Positions 30,608 to 39,462 are shown, counted from the first letter of the stretch. The stretch is DNA of 41,281 bases from Actinomyces sp. (GCA_003697065.1 RFFY01000191.1:1-41281); one strand, 5' to 3'. Made by a program: numbers and translations. Notes: generated from the letters alone by a model not told the origin.

Positions 30608-31438
30608 TCAAGCTCCTCTCGTCCCGATCGCCTGAATCTCCCCGACCTCCACGTCCCGGAACGAGGTGCGCGAAATCGGCGGGAGGCTGCCGCCCGCACC
30701 CGGTGCGTTGGAGGTCCACGAGATCTCCAGGGTGACCGTCGGCTGCAGCCGGAAGGTTCCCTGCGGGGTTGTCGCCGACGACCGCCGGTAGGTGTGAGTG
30801 CAGTCGCTGGCACCCTCGGGCATGCCCGGACGCCACGCCGTTCCCGGACCACGACAATCCACACGGTCGCCGTCGCCGGTGTCCCATGTAGTTGCCACTG
30901 GGGTGGCCCGCACGGTCGACCACACTCGACCCGCTCGGGCCGTTGCCTCATAGGGTCGCCACCAGCCCTGCTCCACCCAGAGCCAGGTGGGCACACCCAC
31001 GTAGAGCCGCCCATTCTCCGACGGGCTGGTGTGGAAGGTCGGGCCGTCGATGCCCACCGACGCCAACGCGTCGACCGCCAGCTGCGACGGGTCCACCGCC
31101 TCGCCCTCGGGCACCAGGGCGAAGCCGTTGATGGGGACGATCCCCTGATCGGGGCACCAGTACTCCAGCCAGCGACCGGTCTCGGAGTGCAGCCTGGTGA
31201 AGTCGACGTCGTAGATCGCGAACTCGAAATCGTCACCGATCACCACGCGCCAACGGCACTGATCCTCGCCCGTGCCGGCCGCGGGGACCTCGCGGACCTC
31301 CACGTCTTTGGCGACCGCGGTCGGGTCGCCGTCGTTGTCCACGAACGCGTCCGCACCGTCGTCAGCCCACACCGACGGTGCGGCGCCCGAGATCACAACG
31401 GTGACGACCAGCGCGGCGATCAGCGGGCGCCGGCGCAT
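30608..31438 (-). CDS. Secreted tad-associated protein
   Basis: Signal peptide; VGVPTWLW, WDTGDG..C.GPG, CTHTY pattern typical of actinobacterial tad loci. Confidence 0.7.
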   Translation of the reverse strand: MRRRPLIAALVVTVVISGAAPSVWADDGADAFVDNDGDPTAVAKDVEVREVPAAGTGEDQCRWRVVIGDDFEFAIYDVDFTRLHSETGRWLEYWCPDQGIVPINGFALVPEGEAVDPSQLAVDALASVGIDGPTFHTSPSENGRLYVGVPTWLWVEQGWWRPYEATARAGRVWSTVRATPVATTWDTGDGDRVDCRGPGTAWRPGMPEGASDCTHTYRRSSATTPQGTFRLQPTVTLEISWTSNAPGAGGSLPPISRTSFRDVEVGEIQAIGTRGA

Positions 31439-32061
31439 CCCGCTACCCCTTCCCATTCCTGGACGACGCTCGCCCGCTGCAGCTTCCACAGGCCGTCGAC
31501 CTTGACCATCACGGCCAGGACGTTGCGGGTCACGACCGAGTCGTCGACCACCTCGCCGGTGGCCACCCGGTAGACGACGCCGTCGTTGACGAAGCAGTCC
31601 TGCAGTTCGGCGCGGTCACCGCTTCGGGACACAACGGTCACGATGTGCTCGGTCCGGGAAGGCTCAGCAGCCCGTAGCGCCAACCCTTCCTCGCGCCGCC
31701 GGCGGGTCTCGGCGATGACCGTCTGGAGCTGTTCGCCGGTGGCGAACTCTGCCAGCGCGGGGTCGTCCGGATCAGGCGTGCCGCTGTTGGCGGCAAGACG
31801 AGCGTCCCAGAACCCGAGGTACCGGGCGACGATCTCTTCCTCTGCCGGGACCGCTGTGGTGCTGGTCGCCGGCGAGGTCGTCTCGGGCCCTGTGCCCGAC
31901 GTAGCACCGGACGTTGACGGGACCGAGGAGGTGGTGGTGGGCGTCGGCGTCGCCGAGTCGCTTCCCGCGCAGGATGCCGCCAGCAGGCCGAGCCCAGCCA
32001 CGACTACCGCGAGACATAGTCCCCGTCGTGTTGCGGGTCCGGAAGCGTCGCACCTGGCCAC
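31420..32061 (-). CDS. Tad-associated lipoprotein
   Basis: Lipobox LAASC, Thr/Ser-rich linker; GAGGAGG before GTG. Confidence 0.7.
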   Translation of the reverse strand: MARCDASGPATRRGLCLAVVVAGLGLLAASCAGSDSATPTPTTTSSVPSTSGATSGTGPETTSPATSTTAVPAEEEIVARYLGFWDARLAANSGTPDPDDPALAEFATGEQLQTVIAETRRRREEGLALRAAEPSRTEHIVTVVSRSGDRAELQDCFVNDGVVYRVATGEVVDDSVVTRNVLAVMVKVDGLWKLQRASVVQEWEGVAGCAGAR

Positions 32062-32303
32062 GATCTCGCCTCCTCGTCCGGGACGGCCCTTTCCGCTGAC
32101 GCCAGCGTGGCTGCTGGGCGGGTCGACCGCTGTGTCACCGCCGAGGCGGCCGCGCGGGCCTGAGGAGAGGTGGTCCGTCCCGTGACGGTCAGACGGACGA
32201 GACCGGACACCTACGTGTCGGTGCCAGTCGCAACGATACCGAAGAATGGCGCCTTCTGCTCGGGAGCGACATTCGTTAGACACCGGTCGAACCGGTCGGA
32301 GGT

Positions 32304-32984
32304 TCAGCTTGCCCACGCGACCTGGCGGAGGCGGGCCTCTGCTCGCCACCGGCGATGCCAGAGCACCTTGACCGGCAGGTGCTGTTCGGCGGCCAGATCG
32401 GACATGGACTCGCCCCAGGCACGGCTGCGAACGACGGTGTCAAGCGCAGCTTCGGACACACCGTGTCGGCGGCCGGCTTCGAGCAGGTCCGACAGGTAGG
32501 CGCGGGTGACGATCAGGTTCTCCGGGGACGGCACCTGGGGATCACCGGCGACGGTGAGGTCGACCGTGTCTGGGTGGTGGTGCTGACGGTTGTAGCGCTT
32601 GCGGACATCGAGCAGGACGTTCCCGGCGATCGAGCCGGGACGCTGCGCCGGGTAGGTGCGGATGCGTTCCCACGCGAGGCTGATCAGCTCGTCGGCGGCG
32701 TTGGCATCACGGCCGATGCTGTTCGCGAGGTTGCAGAGCCCACCCAGGATCGCCTGGAGCAGTGTGCGGGCCGCCATGGTGTCGACTGGCGCGAGCTCGG
32801 CGAGCACGCGGCGAACCTGGGGGCCGGTCGCTGGGTCGTGGCCCAGATCGAGGAGATCGTTGAGGTCACGGGCCGGCCCCAGCAGCGGACGGGTGGCCTT
32901 CCACCGCATGACCGCTCGCCGGGCAGCGGGCGAGCCGGCGAGATGAGCCCACTCGTGGTTCAAGACGCTGAGAATGTGTGCCAT
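32304..32984 (-). CDS. Sigma-70/ECF-like protein
   Basis: Region-2-like ADELISLAWERIRTY and region-4-like GESMSDLAAEQHLPVKVLWHRRWRAEARLR; AGGAGG RBS. Confidence 0.65.
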   Translation of the reverse strand: MAHILSVLNHEWAHLAGSPAARRAVMRWKATRPLLGPARDLNDLLDLGHDPATGPQVRRVLAELAPVDTMAARTLLQAILGGLCNLANSIGRDANAADELISLAWERIRTYPAQRPGSIAGNVLLDVRKRYNRQHHHPDTVDLTVAGDPQVPSPENLIVTRAYLSDLLEAGRRHGVSEAALDTVVRSRAWGESMSDLAAEQHLPVKVLWHRRWRAEARLRQVAWAS

Positions 32985-33029
32985 GGGAACCCTCCTGGTG
33001 TCGTTTGGCACCAGCAGGGTCCGGGGCGC

Positions 33030-33065
33030 GCCTCCCGCCGAACGTCCCGTCGGACCTCCCGTTTC
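33030..33065 (+). repeat. Three 12-bp-period direct repeats
   Basis: GCCTCCCGCCGA / ACGTCCCGTCGG / ACCTCCCGTTTC. Confidence 0.65.
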
Positions 33066-33161
33066 GGCACCTTGTTGGCAGTTCGTGCCGCTGATCACCC
33101 CGACGGTGTCCCGGCACACCTCCCATTCGGCCCACCTGACAGCTCCGGTGGGCGCCACGGC

Positions 33162-33190
33162 GCGCGCTCGAGGCCGACCCGAGGGCCTAC
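33162..33190 (+). promoter_or_regulatory. Putative transfer-regulon promoter copy 4 (GCGCGCTC-N14-GGCCTAC), 6 nt before ATG 33197
   Basis: GGGCCTACCGGGGC-ATG mirrors GGGCTTACGGGGGT-ATG of copy 1. Confidence 0.65.
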
Positions 33191-33196
33191 CGGGGC

Positions 33197-33721
33197 ATGG
33201 AACGAGATGACCTGTTGTGGTTCACTCCGGTCGACCATCCGGACCCGCGGGTCCAGCGTGTGGGCTTCGATCTGGACGACCCCTACGTGGAGCAGTGCTG
33301 GTCTGCGGTGATCGGGCCGAGCTCGGTGCTGTTGCTGCGTCGACTACCGGTGCTGTGGGTTGCCGAGGTCCCCGCCCGCATCGCCGCCAGCGAGCTGTCC
33401 CAGTCGATCGGATTGGGTGCCGGCGTCGGTGAGCGGAGCCGGCTCGCCAACACGCTGGACCGGGTGGTCCGGTTCGGTCTGGCCCGACCTGCCACCGACA
33501 GCACCGGGCTCGACGTGTACCGGCAGGTGCCTCCCCTGAGCCCCCGCCAGGTCCAGCGCAGCTCAACCTGGACCCGAACCACCCACGAGCGGCTCTTCGC
33601 CGCCCACCTCCAGGACCTGGCCGGGCGGGGCGACCTTGCAGGCACGGTGGCGTCCCTGCGCGCCCGGATGGACCGCCTCGAGAACACCCGGGCCCGGTCC
33701 CTGGGAACCCTCGGCCGATGA
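33197..33721 (+). CDS. Hypothetical protein, possibly DnaD/replication-initiator-like winged helix
   Basis: YVEQCWSAVIGPSSVLLLRRL, ELSQSIGLG...LDRVVRFGLA. Confidence 0.6.
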   Translation: MERDDLLWFTPVDHPDPRVQRVGFDLDDPYVEQCWSAVIGPSSVLLLRRLPVLWVAEVPARIAASELSQSIGLGAGVGERSRLANTLDRVVRFGLARPATDSTGLDVYRQVPPLSPRQVQRSSTWTRTTHERLFAAHLQDLAGRGDLAGTVASLRARMDRLENTRARSLGTLGR

Positions 33722-33735
33722 CCCCGACGCACCAA

Positions 33736-33850
33736 CGGGAGGCTTCGGCGCACCGGGTCGTCGGCACCGGCGCGGTCGGCGCGGAACGGCAGGTCCGGCG
33801 CGCACACACTTGCAGGTTCCCCTCCGGGGAACCTGCCCGGCCTCCCGCGG
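33736..33850. other. Candidate oriT
   Basis: Intergenic, directly upstream of relaxase; GCGCGCACACACTTGCA next to perfect 11-bp IR GCAGGTTCCCC-TCC-GGGGAACCTGC (33812-33836). Confidence 0.5.
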
Positions 33851-33860
33851 ACGCACAGCC

Positions 33861-36800
33861 GTGAGGTTCACGGTCACTCCGCTGGGCGGTGCCCGCTCCG
33901 ATACGGCCCGGGTGGTCGATGCCATCGTCCGCTACCTGCAACCGCCCCCGGCACCAGCCCCGGCCCCGCCGAGGGTCACCGATCCGAGCGAGGTGGAAGG
34001 GCCGGCCGCCTACTACGCCGACCAGGCCAACGAACCCGGCCGCTGGCTAGGCCGCGGAGCCCGGGCGGCGGGGCTGGCCGGGCACGTGAACCGCTCCGCG
34101 TTCGCCTCGGTGCTCTCGGGCCGTGACCCCCACAGCGGTGAACGGCTCATCACCGCCCAGGGCTCAGCCAGGCGTCGCCCGACCCTGGGAGTGGGTGCGC
34201 CCACCCGCCTCGACAGCGACGGTGCCGCCCTGTACGGCCCGGCGGACGCGGCCGCGGCACTGGGCGTCTCTGCCCGTGAGATCAAGCGGATGCTGCAGGT
34301 GGGGTCGGCCATCGCGGTCGCCTCCTGGTTGACCGCGGTTGTGGGTACGGCCACCGCGCCGCCCGCCGCCGGACAGAGGGCCGTCACACCTCCCGGCGGA
34401 CCTCCCGTCACACCTCCCGGCGGGAACGGAGGGCTGGGTCGGGTCCTCGGCCAGCCCGGTGGTTCCTACCTGGTTCCGGTCATGAGCCCGGACGGGTCCC
34501 GCTGGGTGCGGCAGACCGAGCTGAGCCGGTGCCAGGCCGCCCGTGCCGAGGGGCCCGATGCCGAGACGATCCGGTCGTTGGGTGACCCTGGCGATCAGCT
34601 CAGCTTGGCCGAGGCGGCCCGGCTGGTTGGGGTCACGACCCGGTACCTGCGACGTCTGGCCCGCTACTGGGAAGCCAACCAGGCTCGGATCGAGGCGGCC
34701 GTGGCGGCGGGCCGCCGTCCCCGCCGGGCGTTCCTGGCCGCCCACCGGGGCACCGGGGCCCGCTGGCTGGTCACCCGCCAACGGCTGGTCGAGTTCATCG
34801 AACGACGCCGACCGCCGGCGGTTCGCGTCGGCTATGACCTGACGCTGACCACCGAGAAGTCCCTGGGTGTGCTCGCCCTGCTGTCGGACCCGCCGGTGCG
34901 TGACGTGGTGCTGGGCGCGATCCAGGCCGGTAACGATTGGGCGATGGGCTGGCTGGAGGACACCGCCGCCGCGGGACGTCTCAACGGCAAAACGGTGAAA
35001 GCCCACGGGTGGATGGTGGCGTCGTTCCGGCACCTGACCTCGCGGGCGCTGGACCCGTTTCCCCATCATCACAACGTCGTGGCCAACACCGTCCGCCTCG
35101 CCGACGGTACCCATCGGGCCCTGGACGCCCGGGGCCTGTACCGGCACGCCCAGGCCGCCTCGGCGTTGGCCACCGCCGAGATGCGCCACCAGCTCAGCGG
35201 CCGTCTCGGGGTGCGGTGGCGGCCCGGTCGCAGCGGCGGGTGGGAGGTCGCCGGGATCGGTGACCGGGTGATCGCCGAGTTCTCCCAGCGACGCAACGAG
35301 ATCGACGAAGCGCTCATCGAGCTCGAAGAGGCCATCGGCCGGGGCGCCCACCCGGCCGAGATCGAACACGTCGTGCTGCGCACCCGCCCGGCCAAGAACC
35401 ACACCCCCGCGGGGGTGCTGGTCGACACCTGGCGGGAGCGGGCAACCCGCTGCGGTCTCGATCCCGACGGGTTAGCCGGACTGTGTGCGGGCCCGCCGCC
35501 CCGTCAGGTCGTGGACACCGACGCGTTGTTCGCGTCGCTGGCCGGCCCAGAGGGGATCTGTGCGGGCGGGTCGGTGTTCACCCGAGCCCAGGCGATGGCC
35601 GCGCTGGCCAACCATCCCATCGACAGCACCGACGGGCCCGCCCAGCCCCTGCTGGGCGGCGCCGACCAGCTCCTCGAGTTCACCGACGCGTTCTTGGCCT
35701 GCCCGCACGTGGTGCGCCTCACCGACGGCGACGACCCGCTCTATGGCACCCGGGAGATGCTCGCGGTCCAAGGCCGGATCGTGGACCGGTACCGGGCCGG
35801 TCTGCACCGGGGCGCCCACCTGGTCGGTGACAGCCAGCTGGCCGACACGTTGGCCGCCCATGCCCATCTCAGCGAAGAACAACGCCGACTGGTCACCGCC
35901 TGGTGCCAGAGCGGCCACCGGATCCAGGCCGCCATCGGCCGGGCCGGCGCCGGGAAGACCACCACCGTGGCCGCCTGCGCCCAAGCCTGGGCGGCCGCGG
36001 GCTACCGGGTCGTCGGCGCCGCCGTCAAAGGCGAGGCCACCCGCACCCTGGCCGCCGCCACCGGGATCGACTGTGAGACGGTCGCCTGGTACCTCGCCCA
36101 CCCCGACCCGGCCCGGACACCCCTGGACGCCCGCACCATCCTGGTCGTCGACGAGGCCTCCACCCTGGCCGACCGGGACCTGGACGCCCTCATCGGCATG
36201 GCCGCCGCCACCGGCGCCAGTCTGCGGCTCATCGGCGACCCCGCCCAGCACGGCGCCATCGCCGCCGGAGGCATGTTCCGGGTCCTGTGCGACCAGCACC
36301 CCCACCACACCCCCGAGCTGACCAGCAGCCACCGGCTCACCAACCCCCACGATGCCGCCGCCGCCCACGCCCTTCGCGACGGCCACATCGACGCTGCCCT
36401 GGACCATCTGGCCGCCGCCGGGCACCTGCATGTCGTCGCCGACGACCTCGCCCTGTACCGGCATATCCTGGGACGCTGGTGGGACGCCCACCGCCGCGGC
36501 CAGGACCATCCCATGGTCGACCGGCGCAACCGCACCCGCCACCAGCTCAACCGGCTCGCCCACCTGCTGCGCTGGGTTCACGGCGAACTCGGCCCCCAAA
36601 GCCTGCCCGCCAGCGCCAACCGCCGGTTCGCGGTCGGCGACCGGGTCTGCGCCCGAGCCCCCAACCGGCACCTTCACGTCCCCGGCGACCCCCACGCCTA
36701 CGTGCGCAACGGGGCGCTCGGCACCATCACCGCCATCGGCCAGGACACCACCAGCCCCGATCGCGACACCCTCACCGTCGACTTCGACGGCATCGGCCCC

Positions 36801-37172
36801 ATCGAAGTGCCCCGCAGCTTCTTCGACCACCACCTGATGCCCTCAGGCCGCCGAGACGCCGGAATCGACCACGCCTACGCCCTCACCAGCTACGCCGTCC
36901 AAGGCGCCACCCACCCGGTCTCCACCAGCCGCATCGACCCCACCGCCACCCGCGCCGAAGCCTACGTCGACATCACCCGAGGCCGGCACGCCAACCACCT
37001 GTACCTCACCACCGGCGTCGACCCCCTCGACGGCGAAACCCTCCCCCGCATCCCCCCAGCACCCGCCGATGTGGCCGTCGCCGACCGGCTGGCCCGGTCC
37101 ACCAGCGAAATCACCGCCTGGGAACTCACCCACCCCGGCCCCCGGACCACCGGCCCCGGTCTCAGCCGCTGA
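33861..37172 (+). CDS. MobF (TrwC/TraI-type) relaxase-helicase with two inserted HTH domains
   Basis: AAYYAD..PGRWLG, GYDLTLTTEKS, FRHLTSRALDPFPHHH, EFSQRR; helicase GRAGAGKTT, VVDEAS, LIGDPAQ, YAVQGAT. Confidence 0.9.
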   Translation: MRFTVTPLGGARSDTARVVDAIVRYLQPPPAPAPAPPRVTDPSEVEGPAAYYADQANEPGRWLGRGARAAGLAGHVNRSAFASVLSGRDPHSGERLITAQGSARRRPTLGVGAPTRLDSDGAALYGPADAAAALGVSAREIKRMLQVGSAIAVASWLTAVVGTATAPPAAGQRAVTPPGGPPVTPPGGNGGLGRVLGQPGGSYLVPVMSPDGSRWVRQTELSRCQAARAEGPDAETIRSLGDPGDQLSLAEAARLVGVTTRYLRRLARYWEANQARIEAAVAAGRRPRRAFLAAHRGTGARWLVTRQRLVEFIERRRPPAVRVGYDLTLTTEKSLGVLALLSDPPVRDVVLGAIQAGNDWAMGWLEDTAAAGRLNGKTVKAHGWMVASFRHLTSRALDPFPHHHNVVANTVRLADGTHRALDARGLYRHAQAASALATAEMRHQLSGRLGVRWRPGRSGGWEVAGIGDRVIAEFSQRRNEIDEALIELEEAIGRGAHPAEIEHVVLRTRPAKNHTPAGVLVDTWRERATRCGLDPDGLAGLCAGPPPRQVVDTDALFASLAGPEGICAGGSVFTRAQAMAALANHPIDSTDGPAQPLLGGADQLLEFTDAFLACPHVVRLTDGDDPLYGTREMLAVQGRIVDRYRAGLHRGAHLVGDSQLADTLAAHAHLSEEQRRLVTAWCQSGHRIQAAIGRAGAGKTTTVAACAQAWAAAGYRVVGAAVKGEATRTLAAATGIDCETVAWYLAHPDPARTPLDARTILVVDEASTLADRDLDALIGMAAATGASLRLIGDPAQHGAIAAGGMFRVLCDQHPHHTPELTSSHRLTNPHDAAAAHALRDGHIDAALDHLAAAGHLHVVADDLALYRHILGRWWDAHRRGQDHPMVDRRNRTRHQLNRLAHLLRWVHGELGPQSLPASANRRFAVGDRVCARAPNRHLHVPGDPHAYVRNGALGTITAIGQDTTSPDRDTLTVDFDGIGPIEVPRSFFDHHLMPSGRRDAGIDHAYALTSYAVQGATHPVSTSRIDPTATRAEAYVDITRGRHANHLYLTTGVDPLDGETLPRIPPAPADVAVADRLARSTSEITAWELTHPGPRTTGPGLSR
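34388..34423 (+). repeat. Three 12-bp-period direct repeats inside relaxase ORF
   Basis: ACCTCCCGGCGG / ACCTCCCGTCAC / ACCTCCCGGCGG. Confidence 0.8.
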
Positions 37173-37183
37173 ACCTCCCGGCC

Positions 37184-37212
37184 GCGAAGTCACCGCCCAC
37201 CCGGAGGCCTAC
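37184..37212 (+). promoter_or_regulatory. Putative transfer-regulon promoter copy 5 (GCGAAGTC-N14-GGCCTAC) upstream of excisionase
   Basis: Upstream box identical to copy 1 with same spacing. Confidence 0.7.
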
Positions 37213-37240
37213 CCCCACGAGCCCGCACAGGAGACACCCC

Positions 37241-37462
37241 ATGCCCACCACCCCCACCACCCAGGCCGAAGTGCTCACCATCGAAGAAGCCGCCGCCATC
37301 CTGCGCATCAGCCGCAACGCCGCCTACGCCGCCGCCCGCCAATGGCGCCACACCGGCGGCAAAACCGGGCTGCCCTGCATCGAAATCGGCCGCACCCTGC
37401 GCGTCCCCCGCCACCAGCTCGACCAGCTCCTCGGCCACCATCCCCACCACCAGCCGGACTGA
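37241..37462 (+). CDS. xis: Excisionase-like HTH_17 protein
   Basis: VLTIEEAAAILRISRNAAY...LPCIEIGRTLRVP; AGGAG RBS. Confidence 0.85.
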   Translation: MPTTPTTQAEVLTIEEAAAILRISRNAAYAAARQWRHTGGKTGLPCIEIGRTLRVPRHQLDQLLGHHPHHQPD

Positions 37463-37601
37463 GCAGAACCGGCCAACCGAGGGTCTCGCTGCGGCTTGCT
37501 GGTGACCCCGGGCTGGCAGGCTCGAGCTGGCCCAACGGCAGCGCCTCGGCAGGACACGGGAACGACCGGGCGCGAGCCGACGTGCGACCGTGTGGCCGCT
37601 C

Positions 37602-38210
37602 TCAGATGCCCGTCGTCGGCATTCCGCGGGCGTCCTCGACGCGGACCGCCTCGTGGAAGCCGGCGGACTGCTTCCAGGCAACCTGGCCCTGGAGCCCCTT
37701 GAGCACCGCGATCTCGCCGCCGTGAATGCGCACATGATGGGTGCCGTGCAGCTCGATGAGCTCACGGCCTTCCCACATCCCAAGCCCCGCCCGGGTCATG
37801 TCGATCGGTTTGTCGAGATGCTCCAGTGTGAGTTCCTCTAGCCAGTTCTCCACGTCGGCGTGAACAGCCCGGCCGTAGTCGCGTAGCCGGGCCCAGTCCA
37901 CCGCACTATGACGGACCCACCGGTCGAACGCGTCGGGTTCGTAGGCGCCCGGCTGGCCAACCTGGCCGCCGAAGGTCTCCTCGACCAGCGGCACCCGGTC
38001 GAACACGAGGCGTCGAACTTCAACGTCGGCGTTGATCACCACGTGCAAGTAGGTCGCACCGATCGAGTTCGCTGTGCCCGGAGGCCACCAGTTGGCCTGT
38101 TCGGCGGTGACGTCAGCGACGGTGCCCTCAAACCAGCGCCACGCCTGCCGAGCCTGATCGCGCAGAACCGTGAGTTCGGTTCGACCAGCGGTGTCGGCCA
38201 TCACGGGCAT
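37602..38210 (-). CDS. DinB-family protein
   Basis: NSIGATYLH and HVRIHGGEI histidine motifs. Confidence 0.75.
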   Translation of the reverse strand: MPVMADTAGRTELTVLRDQARQAWRWFEGTVADVTAEQANWWPPGTANSIGATYLHVVINADVEVRRLVFDRVPLVEETFGGQVGQPGAYEPDAFDRWVRHSAVDWARLRDYGRAVHADVENWLEELTLEHLDKPIDMTRAGLGMWEGRELIELHGTHHVRIHGGEIAVLKGLQGQVAWKQSAGFHEAVRVEDARGMPTTGI

Positions 38211-38295
38211 TCTGGCACGACCGGGACCGGCACCGGCTCAGCCCGGGAGTCCCCGCGATGGACACCGCGGCGCGGACCGTGCTGCACATTCGAGG

Positions 38296-39462
38296 TCAAG
38301 AGCCGTTCCGCCGGCGCCGGTCGAGGAGTTCGGCGAAGGTCCCGGCGGCGTGGGCCTGCATGCCGGGCAGGACGTGCTGGTAGACGTTCATGGTGAACGC
38401 CACGTTGGCGTGCCCCAGGCGTTCGGAGACGACCTTGACCGGCACCCCGGCCCGCAGCAGCAGGCTGGCGTGGGTGTGGCGCAGGTCGTGCAGCGAGATG
38501 GCCGGCACATCCAGGCGGGCGACGGTGCGGTCGAAGATCTGGCTGAACACATCCGGGTGCACCCAGGAGCCGTCGGCCTTGACGAACACCAGCTCGTCGG
38601 GCTCCGGCGGGGTCCCGTCGCGTTCGACGGTGCGCACCTGGCGCCAGTGGGCCAGCAGTCCGCACACGCCCGGGTCGATGTCGATGCTGCGCCGGGCGGT
38701 GCTGGTCTTCACGTCGGTGACCGACACCTCGTAGGCGACCGACACCAGGGCTTGGCGCACCGAGATCCGCCCCGCCGCCAGGTCCACATCGGCCCAGCGC
38801 AGGCCAAGGATCTCGCCCCGGCGCATCCCGGTGTGGGCGGCCAGCACGAACGCCGGGGCCAACCGGTGCGAGCCGATCGCGTCCAAGAACACCACCAGCT
38901 GATCGGCGTCCCAGGCTTTGACCTCGGCCCGTTTCCGAGACGACGTCGACGGCGGGTCGGCGAGCGCCACCGGGTTGCGGACGACCAGCCCCTTGCGGGC
39001 CGCATCCCCGAGCGCCTTGTTGAGCATCACGTGGATGTTGCGCACCGTCTTGGGAGCCAGACCCCGGGAGCTGCCGGGACGTCGGCTGCCGTTGGTGAGC
39101 AGGTCGGCGTAGAACACGTCCAGGTCGCTGGGGTCCAGCCGGTCCAGCGGACAGCAGCCCAGGGCGGGGATGACGTGCAGGTCGATGGTGCGCCGGTACG
39201 AGTCGAACGTGGATGGGCGCAGCCGGGTCCGCTGGACCGGCAACCACCGTCCGGTCAGGTACTCGGCCAGGGTGATCTTCTCGGTCGCTACCGGCTCGCC
39301 CCGGTGGGCTCGCTGCACCAGTTCGGCCACGAGCCGCTCGGCGTCGGCTCGGCGGGTGCCGGCCTGCACCCACCGGCGCCGGTACTTGCCGGTTGCCGGG
39401 TCGATGCCGTCATAGACGACCGCGTACCACTTCTTGCCCTTCTTCTGGACCGAGCCCCGCAT
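38296..39462 (-). CDS. int: ICE tyrosine integrase
   Basis: N-terminal arm-binding MRGSVQKKGKKWY; TGMRRGE, HDLRH, LGH, MNVY; adjacent to tRNA. Confidence 0.95.
   Translation of the reverse strand: MRGSVQKKGKKWYAVVYDGIDPATGKYRRRWVQAGTRRADAERLVAELVQRAHRGEPVATEKITLAEYLTGRWLPVQRTRLRPSTFDSYRRTIDLHVIPALGCCPLDRLDPSDLDVFYADLLTNGSRRPGSSRGLAPKTVRNIHVMLNKALGDAARKGLVVRNPVALADPPSTSSRKRAEVKAWDADQLVVFLDAIGSHRLAPAFVLAAHTGMRRGEILGLRWADVDLAAGRISVRQALVSVAYEVSVTDVKTSTARRSIDIDPGVCGLLAHWRQVRTVERDGTPPEPDELVFVKADGSWVHPDVFSQIFDRTVARLDVPAISLHDLRHTHASLLLRAGVPVKVVSERLGHANVAFTMNVYQHVLPGMQAHAAGTFAELLDRRRRNGS

Noticed and set aside
32262..32307. ECF-type GAAC...GTCTAA promoter before tad operon
   Set aside because: Spacing appears too long and it does not match the five-copy motif; unsupported
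33636..33860. 75-aa N-terminal extension of the relaxase in the ORF track
   Set aside because: Overlaps upstream gene and candidate oriT; recognisable sequence starts at GTG 33861
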